The notes beneath the pieces are model-generated. The model was not told the DNA's origin. It did no database searches and saw nothing but the letters and a program-made list of their open reading frames with translations. DNA of 64,000 nt from positions 5,978,137 to 6,042,136 of the forward strand of contig CM082595.2 in assembly GCA_040954595.2 (NCBI GenBank), written 5' to 3'. Positions 1 to 11,400 of the stretch are shown here, one piece after another (positions within the stretch are counted from its first letter, which is position 1; each line of letters begins with the position of its first letter). This stretch comes from Balanoglossus misakiensis (Eukaryota > Animalia > Hemichordata). A program made the translations under genes and the position numbers.

Positions 1-3000
1 CATGATTTTTATCAAAAAATGGCCAATTTTTGAAAATTCCCAAAGTCGAAAAATTGTCATTTTGGGATGATTTTCATGAGCTATAACCCATGATTTTTAT
101 CAAAAAATGGCCAAATTTTGAAAATTTCCAAAGTCGAAAAATTGTCATTTCTGGATGATTTTCATGAGCTATAACCCATGGTTTTTATCGAAAAACCACC
201 AAATTTTGAAATTTCGCGAAGTCGAAAAATTGACATTTCTGGATGATTTTCATGAGCTATAACCCATGGTTTTTATCGAAAAACCACCAAATTTTGAAAT
301 TTCGCGAAGTCGAAAAATTGATATTTCTGGATGATTTTCATGAGCTATAACCCATGGTTTTTATCGAAAAACCACCAAATTTTGAAATTTCGCGAAGTCG
401 AAAAATTGACATTTCTGGATGATTTTCATGAGCTATAACCCATGGTTTTTATCGAAAAACCACCAAATTTTGAAATTTCGCGTAGTCGAAAAATTGACAT
501 TTCTAGATGATTTTCATGAGATATAACCCATGGTTTTTATCGAAAAATTACCAAATTTTGAAATTTCGCGTAGTCGAAAAATTGACATTTCTGGATGATT
601 TTCATGAGCTATAACCCATGGTTTTTATCGAAAAACCACCAAATTTTGAAATTTCGCGAAGTCGAAAAATTGACATTTCTGGATTATTTTCATGAGCTAT
701 AACCCATGGTTTTCATCAAAAAATGGCCAAATTTTGAAAATTCCCAAAGTCGAAAAATTGACATTTTGGGATGATTTTCATGAGCTATAACCCATGATTT
801 TTATCAAAAAATGGCCAAATTTTGAAAATTCCCAAAGTCGAAAAATTGTCATTTTGGGATGATTTTTATAACTATAACCCATGATTTTTATCAAAAAATG
901 GCCAAATTTTGAAAATTCCCAAAGTCGAAAAATTGACATTTCTGGATGATTTTCATGAGCTATAACCCATGGTTTTTATCAAAAAATGGCCAATTTTTGA
1001 AAATTCCCAAAGTCGAAAAATTGTCATTTTGGGATGATTTTCATGAGCTATAACCCATGATTTTTATCAAAAAATGGCCAAATTTTGAAAATTTCCAAAG
1101 TCAAAAAATTGTCATTTTTGTATGTTTTCATGAGCTATAACCCATGGTTTTTATCAAAAAATGGCCAAATTTTGAAAATTCCCAAAGTCGAAAAATTGTC
1201 ATTTCTGGATGATTTTCATGAGCTATAACCCATGGTTTTTATCGAAAAACCACCAAATTTTGAAATTTCGCGAAGTCGAAAAATTGACATTTCTGGATGA
1301 TTTTCATGAGCTATAACCCATGGTTTTTATCGAAAAATTACCAAATTTTAAAATTTCGCGTAGTCGAAAAATTGACATTTCTGGATGATTTTCATGAGCT
1401 ATAACCCATGGTTTTTATCGAAAAACCACCAAATTTTGAAATTTCGCGAAGTCGAAAAATTGACATTTCTGGATGATTTTCATGAGCTATAACCCATGGT
1501 TTTCATCAAAAAATGGCCAAATTTTGAAAATTCCCAAAGTCGAAAAATTGACATTTCTGGATGATTTTCATGAGCTATAACCCATGGTTTTTATCGAAAA
1601 ACCACCAAATTTTGAAATTTCGCGTAGACGAAAAATTGACATTTCTGGATGATTTTCATGAGCTAGGACCCATGGTTTTTATCGAAAGACCACCAAATTT
1701 TGAAATTTCGCGTAGTCGAAAAATTGACATTTCTAGATGATTTTCATGAGCTATAACCCATGGTTTTTATCGAAAAACCACCAAATTTTGAAATTTCGCG
1801 AAGTCGAAAAATTGACATTTCTGGATTATTTTCATGAGCTATAACCCATGGTTTTCATCAAAAAATGGCCAAATTTTGAAAATTCCCAAAGTCGAAAAAT
1901 TGACATTTTGGGATGATTTTCATGAGCTATAACCCATGATTTTTATCAAAAAATGGCCAAATTTTGAAAATTCCCAAAGTCGAAAAATTGTCATTTTGGG
2001 ATGATTTTTATAACTATAACCCATGATTTTTATCAAAAAATGGCCAAATTTTGAAAATTCCCAAAGTCGAAAAATTGTCATTTTGGGATGATTTTCATGA
2101 GCTATAACCCATGATTTTTATCAAAAAATGGCCAATTTTTGAAAATTCCCAAAGTCGAAAAATTGTCATTTTGGGATGATTTTCATGAGCTATAACCCAT
2201 GATTTTTATCAAAAAATGGCCAAATTTTGAAAATTTCCAAAGACGAAAAATTGTCATTTCTGGATGATTTTCATGAGCTATAACCCATGGTTTTTATCGA
2301 AAAACCACCAAATTTTGAAATTTCGCGAAGTCGAAAAATTGACATTTCTGGATTATTTTCATGAGCTATAACCCATGGTTTTCATCAAAAAATGGCCAAA
2401 TTTTGAAAATTCCCAAAGTCGAAAAATTGACATTTTGGGATGATTTTCATGAGCTATAACCCATGATTTTTATCAAAAAATGGCCAAATTTTGAAAATTC
2501 CCAAAGTCGAAAAATTGTCATTTTGGGATGATTTTTATAACTATAACCCATGATTTTTATCAAAAAATGGCCAAATTTTGAAAATTCCCAAAGTCGAAAA
2601 ATTGACATTTCTGGATGATTTTCATGAGCTATAACCCATGGTTTTTATCAAAAAATGGCCAATTTTTGAAAATTCCCAAAGTCGAAAAATTGTCATTTTG
2701 GGATGATTTTCATGAGCTATAACCCATGATTTTTATCAAAAAATGGCCAAATTTTGAAAATTTCCAAAGTCAAAAAATTGTCATTTTTGTATGTTTTCAT
2801 GAGCTATAACCCATGGTTTTTATCAAAAAATGGCCAAATTTTGAAAATTCCCAAAGTCGAAAAATTGTCATTTCTGGATGATTTTCATGAGCTATAACCC
2901 ATGGTTTTTATCGAAAAACCACCAAATTTTGAAATTTCGCGAAGTCGAAAAATTGACATTTCTGGATGATTTTCATGAGCTATAACCCATGGTTTTTATC

Positions 3001-6000
3001 GAAAAATTACCAAATTTTAAAATTTCGCGTAGTCGAAAAATTGACATTTCTGGATGATTTTCATGAGCTATAACCCATGGTTTTTATCGAAAAACCACCA
3101 AATTTTGAAATTTCGCGAAGTCGAAAAATTGACATTTCTGGATGATTTTCATGAGCTATAACCCATGGTTTTCATCAAAAAATGGCCAAATTTTGAAAAT
3201 TCCCAAAGTCGAAAAATTGACATTTCTGGATGATTTTCATGAGCTATAACCCATGGTTTTTATCGAAAAACCACCAAATTTTGAAATTTCGCGTAGACGA
3301 AAAATTGACATTTCTGGATGATTTTCATGAGCTAGGACCCATGGTTTTTATCGAAAGACCACCAAATTTTGAAATTTCGCGTAGTCGAAAAATTGACATT
3401 TCTAGATGATTTTCATGAGCTATAACCCATGGTTTTTATCGAAAAACCACCAAATTTTGAAATTTCGCGAAGTCGAAAAATTGACATTTCTGGATTATTT
3501 TCATGAGCTATAACCCATGGTTTTCATCAAAAAATGGCCAAATTTTGAAAATTCCCAAAGTCGAAAAATTGACATTTTGGGATGATTTTCATGAGCTATA
3601 ACCCATGATTTTTATCAAAAAATGGCCAAATTTTGAAAATTCCCAAAGTCGAAAAATTGTCATTTTGGGATGATTTTTATAACTATAACCCATGATTTTT
3701 ATCAAAAAATGGCCAAATTTTGAAAATTCCCAAAGTCGAAAAATTGTCATTTTGGGATGATTTTCATGAGCTATAACCCATGATTTTTATCAAAAAATGG
3801 CCAATTTTTGAAAATTCCCAAAGTCGAAAAATTGTCATTTTGGGATGATTTTCATGAGCTATAACCCATGATTTTTATCAAAAAATGGCCAAATTTTGAA
3901 AATTTCCAAAGTCAAAAAATTGTCATTTTTGTATGTTTTCATGAGCTATAACCCATGGTTTTTATCAAAAAATGGCCAAATTTTGAAAATTCCCAAAGTC
4001 GAAAAATTGTCATTTCTGGATGATTTTCATGAGCTATAACCCATGGTTTTTATCGAAAAACCACCAAATTTTGAAATTTCGCGAAGTCGAAAAATTGACA
4101 TTTCTGGATGATTTTCATGAGCTATAACCCATGGTTTTTATCGAAAAATTACCAAATTTTAAAATTTCGCGTAGTCGAAAAATTGACATTTCTGGATGAT
4201 TTTCATGAGCTATAACCCATGGTTTTTATCGAAAAACCACCAAATTTTGAAATTTCGCGAAGTCGAAAAATTGACATTTCTGGATGATTTTCATGAGCTA
4301 TAACCCATGGTTTTCATCAAAAAATGGCCAAATTTTGAAAATTCCCAAAGTCGAAAAATTGACATTTCTGGATGATTTTCATGAGCTATAACCCATGGTT
4401 TTTATCGAAAAACCACCAAATTTTGAAATTTCGCGTAGACGAAAAATTGACATTTCTGGATGATTTTCATGAGCTAGGACCCATGGTTTTTATCGAAAGA
4501 CCACCAAATTTTGAAATTTCGCGTAGTCGAAAAATTGACATTTCTAGATGATTTTCATGAGCTATAACCCATGGTTTTTATCGAAAAACCACCAAATTTT
4601 GAAATTTCGCGAAGTCGAATAATTGACATTTCTGGATGATTTTCATGAGCTATAACCCATGGTTTTCATCAAAAAATGGCCAAATTTTGAAAATTCCCAA
4701 AGTCGAAAAATTGACATTTTGGGATGATTTTCATGAGCTATAACCCATGATTTTTATCAAAAAATGGCCAAATTTTGAAAATTCCCAAAGTCGAAAAATT
4801 GTCATTTTGGGATGATTTTTATAACTATAACCCATGATTTTTATCAAAAAATGGCCAAATTTTGAAAATTCCCAAAGTCGAAAAATTGTCATTTTGGGAT
4901 GATTTTCATGAGCTATAACCCATGATTTTTATCAAAAAATGGCCAATTTTTGAAAATTCCCAAAGTCGAAAAATTGTCATTTTGGGATGATTTTCATGAG
5001 CTATAACCCATGATTTTTATCAAAAAATGGCCAAATTTTGAAAATTTCCAAAGTCAAAAAATTGTCATTTTTGTATGTTTTCATGAGCTATAACCCATGG
5101 TTTTTATCAAAAAATGGCCAAATTTTGAAAATTCCCAAAGTCGAAAAATTGTCATTTCTGGATGATTTTCATAAGCTAAAACCCATGGTTTTTATCAAAA
5201 AACCACCAAATTTTGAAATTTCGCCAAGTCGAAAAATTGACATTCCTGGATGATTTTCATGAGCTATAACCCATGGTTTTAATCGAAAAACCACCAAATT
5301 TTGAAATTTCGCGTAGTCGAAAAATTGACATTTCTGGATGATTTTCATGAGCTATAACCCATGGTTTTTATCGAAAAACCACCAAATTTTGAAATTTCGC
5401 GAAGTCGAAAAATTGACATTTGTGGATGATTTTCATGAGCTATAACCCGTGGTTTTTATCGAAAAACCACCAAATTTTGAAATTTCGCGAAGTCGAAAAA
5501 TTGACATTTCTGGATGATTTTCATGAGCTATAACCCGTGGTTTTTATCGAAAAACCAGCAATTTTGAAATTTCGCGAAGTCGAAAAATTGACATTTCTGG
5601 ATGATTTTCATGAGCTATAACCCATGGTTTTTATCGAAAAACCACCAAATTTTGAAATTTCGCGAAGTCGAAAAATTGACATTTCTGGATGATTTTCATG
5701 AGCTATAACCCATGGTTTTTATCGAAAAACCACCAAATTTTGAAATTTCGCGAAGTCGAAAAATTTACATTTGTGGATGATTTTCATGAGCTATAACTCA
5801 TGGTTTTTAACGAAAAAGCACCAAATTTTGAAATTTCGCGAAGTCGAAAAATTGACATTTCTGGATGATTTTCATGAGCTATAACCCATGGTTTTTATCG
5901 AAAAACCACCAAATTTTGAAATTTCGCGAAGTCGAAAAATTGACATTTCTGGATGATTTTCATGAGCTATAACCCATGGTTTTTAACGAAAAACCACCAA

Positions 6001-6682
6001 ATTTTGAAATTTCGCGAAGTCGAAAAATTGACATTTCTGGATGATATTCATGAGCTATAACCCATGGTTTTTAACGAAAAACCACCAAATTTTGAAATTT
6101 CGCGAAGTCGAAAAATTGACATTTCTGGATGATTTTCATGAGCTATAACCCATGGTTTTTATCGAAAAATCACCAAATTTTGAAATTTCGCGAAGGCGAA
6201 AAATTGGCATTTGTGGATGATTTTCATGAGCTATAACCCATGGTTTTTATCGAAAAACCACCAAAATTTGAAATTTCGAGAAGTCGAAAAATTGACATTT
6301 CTGGATGATTTTCATGAGCTATAACCCATGGTTTTTAACGAAAAACCACCAAATTTTGAAATTTCGCGAAGTCGAAAAATTGACATTTCTGGATGATTTT
6401 CATGAGCTATAACCCATGGTTTTTAACGAAAAACCACCAAATTTTGAAATTTCGCGAAGTCGAAAATTTGACATTTCTGGATGATTTTCATGAGCTTTAA
6501 CCCATGGTTTTTATCGAAAAACCACCAAATTTTGAAATTTCGCGAAGTCTAAAAATTGACATTTCTAGATGATTTTCATGAGCTATAACCCATGGTTTTT
6601 ATCGAAAAATCACCAAATTTTGAAATTTCGCGAAGGCGAAATATTGACATTTCTGATTGATTTTCATGAGCTATAACCCATG
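1..6682 (+). repeat. Satellite array block 1: 88-bp monomers (~76 copies); mixed A1/A2 subtypes to ~5185, pure A2 afterwards
   Basis: CATGATTTTT recurs at 1 and 89 (period 88). A1 has AAAAATGGCCAAATTTTGAAAATTCCCAAAGTCG; A2 has AAAAACCACCAAATTTTGAAATTTCGCGAAGTCG. The array runs off the left edge of the window. Confidence 0.98.
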
Positions 6683-8485
6683 ATTTTCATCAAAAAATCA
6701 CAATTTTCCGACTTTTTTAATTTTCAAAATTTGGCCATTTTTCACAAAAATCATGGGTTATAGCCCATGATTTTCATCAAAAAATCACAATTTTCCGACT
6801 TTTTTAATTTTCAAAATTTGGCCATTTTTCACAAAAATCATGGGTTATAGCTCATGATTTTCATCAAAAAATCACAATTTTCCGACTTTTTTAATTTTCA
6901 AAATTTGGCCATTTTTCACAAAAATCATGGGTTATAGCCCATGATTTTCATCAAAAAATCACAATTTTCCGACTTTTTTAATTTTCAAAATTTGGCCATT
7001 TTTCACAAAAATCATGGGTTATAGCCCATGATTTTCATCAAAAAATCACAATTTTCCGACTTTTTTAATTTTCAAAATTTGGCCATTTTTCACAAAAATC
7101 ATGGGTTATAGCCCATGATTTTCATCAAAAAATCACAATTTTCAGACTTTTTTAATTTTCAAAATTTGGCCATTTTTCACAAAAATCATGGGTTATAGCC
7201 CATGATTTTCATCAAAAAATCACAATTTTCCGAATTTTTTAATTTTCAAAATTTGGCCATTTTTCACAAAAATCATGGGTTATAGCCCATGATTTTCATC
7301 AAAAAAATCACAATTTTCCGACTTTTTTAATTTTCAAAATTTGGCCATTTTTCACAAAAATCATGGGTTATAGCCCATGATTTTCATCAAAAAATCACAA
7401 TTTTCCGACTTTTTTAATTTTCAAAATTTGGCCATTTTTCACAAAAATCATGGGTTATAGCCCATGATTTTCATCAAAAAATCACAATTTTCAGACTTTT
7501 TAATTTTCAAAATTTGGCCATTTTTCACAAAAATCATGGGTTATAGCCCATGATTTTCATCAAAAAATCACAATTTTCCGACTTTTTTAATTTTCAAAAT
7601 TTGGCCATTTTTCACAAAAATCATGGGTTATAGCCCATGATTTTCATCAAAAAATCACAATTTTCCGACTTTTTTAATTTTCAAAATTTGGCCATTTTTC
7701 ACAAAAATCATGGGTTATAGCCCATGATTTTCATCAAAAAATCACAATTTTCCGACTTTTTTAATTTTCAAAATTTGGCCATTTTTCACAAAAATCATGG
7801 GTTATAGCCCATGAAAATCATCAAAAAATCACAATTTTCCGACTTTTTTAATTTTCAAAATTTGGCCATTTTTCACAAAAATCATGGGTTATAGCCCATG
7901 ATTTTCATCAAAAAATCACAATTTTCCGACTTTTTTAATTTTCAAAATTTCGCCATTTTTCACAAAAATCATGGGTTATAGCCCATGATTTTCATCAAAA
8001 AATCACAATTTTCCGACTTTTTTAATTTTCAAAATTTGGCCATTTTTCACAAAAATCATGGGTTATAGCCCATGATTTTCATCAAAAAATCACAATTTTC
8101 CGACTTTTTTAATTTTCAAAATTTGGCCATTTTTCACAAAAATCATGGGTTATAGCCCATGATTTTCATCAAAAAATCACAATTTTCCGACTTTTTTAAT
8201 TTTCAAAATTTGGCCATTTTTCCACAAAAATCATGGGTTATAGACCATGATTTTCATCAAAAAATCACAATTTTCCGACTTTTTTAATTTTCAAAATTTG
8301 GCCATTTTTCACAAAAAGCATGGGTTATAGGCCATGATTTTCATCAAAAAATCACAATTTTCCGACTTTTTTAATTTTCAAAATTTGGCCATTTTTCACA
8401 AAAATCATGGGTTATAGCCCATGAAAATCATCAAAAAATCACAATTTTCCGACTTTTTTAATTTTCAAAATTTGGCCATTTTTCA
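6677..8485 (-). repeat. Satellite array block 2: 87-bp B monomers in reverse orientation (~21 copies)
   Basis: Unit CCATGATTTTCATCAAAAAATCACAATTTTCCGACTTTTTTAATTTTCAAAATTTGGCCATTTTTCACAAAAATCATGGGTTATAGC is the reverse complement of the block 3 unit; scattered point variants. Confidence 0.97.
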
Positions 8486-11400
8486 GTCGGAAAATTGTGA
8501 TTTTTTGATGAACATCATGGGCTATAACCCATGATTTTTGTGAAAAATGGCCAAATTTTGAAAATTAAAAAAGTCGGAAAATTGTGATTTTTTGATGAAC
8601 ATCATGGGCTATAACCCATGATTTTTGTGAAAAATGGCCAAATTTTGAAAATTAAAAAAGTCGGAAAATTGTGATTTTTTGATGAACATCATGGGCTATA
8701 ACCCATGATTTTTGTGAAAAATGGCCAAATTTTGAAAATTAAAAAAGTCGGAAAATTGTGATTTTTTGATGAACATCATGGGCTATAACCCATGATTTTT
8801 GTGAAAAATGGCCAAATTTTGAAAATTAAAAAAGTCGGAAAATTGTGATTTTTTGATGAACATCATGGGCTATAACCCATGATTTTTGTGAAAAATGGCC
8901 AAATTTTGAAAATTAAAAAAGTCGGAAAATTGTGATTTGTTGATGAAAATCATGGGCTATAACCCATGATTTTTGTGAAAAATGGCCAAATTTTGAAAAT
9001 TAAAAAAGTCGGAAAATTGTGATTTTTTGATGAAAATCATGGGCTATAACCCATGATTTTTGTGAAAAATGGCCAAATTTTGAAAATTAAAAAAGTCGGA
9101 AAATTGTGATTTTTTGATGAAAATCATGGGCTATAACCCATGATTTTTGTGAAAAATGGCCAAATTTTGAAAATTAAAAAAGTCGGAAAATTGTGATTTT
9201 TTGATGAAAATCATGGGCTATAACCCATGATTTTTGTGAAAAATGGCCAAATTTTGAAAATTAAAAAAGTCGGAAAATTGTGATTTTTTGATGAAAATCA
9301 TGGGCTATAACCCATGATTTTTGTGAAAAATGGCCAAATTTTGAAAATTAAAAAAGTCGGAAAATTGTGATTTTTTGATGAAAATCATGGGCTATAACCC
9401 ATGATTTTTGTGAAAAATGGCCAAATTTTGAAAATTAAAAAAGTCGGAAAATTGTGATTTTTTGATGAAAATCATGGGCTATAACCCATGATTTTTGTGA
9501 AAAATGGCCAAATTTTGAAAATTAAAAAAGTCGGAAAATTGTGATTTTTTGATGAAAATCATGGGCTATAACCCATGATTTTTGTGAAAAATGGCCAAAT
9601 TTTGAAAATTAAAAAAGTCGGAAAATTGTGATTTTTTGATGAAAATCATGGGCTATAACCCATGATTTTTGTGAAAAATGGCCAAATTTTGAAAATTAAA
9701 AAAGTCGGAAAATTGTGATTTTTTGATGAAAATCATGGGCTATAACCCATGATTTTTGTGAAAAATGGCCAAATTTTGAAAATTAAAAAAGTCGGAAAAT
9801 TGTGATTTTTTGATGAAAATCATGGGCTATAACCCATGATTTTTGTGAAAAATGGCCAAATTTTGAAAATTAAAAAAGTCGGAAAATTGTGATTTTTTGA
9901 TGAAAATCATGGGCTATAACCCATGATTTTTGTGAAAAATGGCCAAATTTTGAAAATTAAAAAAGTCGGAAAATTGTGATTTTTTGATGAAAATCATGGG
10001 CTATAACCCATGATTTTTGTGAAAAATGGCCAAATTTTGAAAATTAAAAAAGTCGGAAAATTGTGATTTTTTGATGAAAATCATGGGCTATAACCCATGA
10101 TTTTTGTGAAAAATGGCCAAATTTTGAAAATTAAAAAAGTCGGAAAATTGTGATTTTTTGATGAAAATCATGGGCTATAACCCATGATTTTTGTGAAAAA
10201 TGGCCAAATTTTGAAAATTAAAAAAGTCGGAAAATTGTGATTTTTTGATGAAAATCATGGGCTATAACCCATGATTTTTGTGAAAAATGGCCAAATTTTG
10301 AAAATTAAAAAAGTCGGAAAATTGTGATTTTTTGATGAAAATCATGGGCTATAACCCATGATTTTTGTGAAAAATGGCCAAATTTTGAAAATTAAAAAAG
10401 TCGGAAAATTGTGATTTTTTGATGAAAATCATGGGCTATAACCCATGATTTTTGTGAAAAATGGCCAAATTTTGAAAATTAAAAAAGTCGGAAAATTGTG
10501 ATTTTTTGATGAAAATCATGGGCTATAACCCATGATTTTTGTGAAAAATGGCCAAATTTTGAAAATTAAAAAAGTCGGAAAATTGTGATTTTTTGATGAA
10601 AATCATGGGCTATAACCCATGATTTTTGTGAAAAATGGCCAAATTTTGAAAATTAAAAAAGTCGGAAAATTGTGATTTTTTGATGAAAATCATGGGCTAT
10701 AACCCATGATTTTTGTGAAAAATGGCCAAATTTTGAAAATTAAAAAAGTCGGAAAATTGTGATTTTTTGATGAAAATCATGGGCTATAACCCATGATTTT
10801 TGTGAAAAATGGCCAAATTTTGAAAATTAAAAAAGTCGGAAAATTGTGATTTTTTGATGAAAATCATGGGCTATAACCCATGATTTTTGTGAAAAATGGC
10901 CAAATTTTGAAAATTAAAAAAGTCGGAAAATTGTGATTTTTTGATGAAAATCATGGGCTATAACCCATGATTTTTGTGAAAAATGGCCAAATTTTGAAAA
11001 TTAAAAAAGTCGGAAAATTGTGATTTTTTGATGAAAATCATGGGCTATAACCCATGATTTTTGTGAAAAATGGCCAAATTTTGAAAATTAAAAAAGTCGG
11101 AAAATTGTGATTTTTTGATGAAAATCATGGGCTATAACCCATGATTTTTGTGAAAAATGGCCAAATTTTGAAAATTAAAAAAGTCGGAAAATTGTGATTT
11201 TTTGATGAAAATCATGGGCTATAACCCATGATTTTTGTGAAAAATGGCCAAATTTTGAAAATTAAAAAAGTCGGAAAATTGTGATTTTTTGATGAAAATC
11301 ATGGGCTATAACCCATGATTTTTGTGAAAAATGGCCAAATTTTGAAAATTAAAAAAGTCGGAAAATTGTGATTTTTTGATGAAAATCATGGGCTATAACC

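Noticed and set aside
5038-5253. 71-aa ORF
   Set aside because: Lies entirely in satellite monomers; chance open frame.
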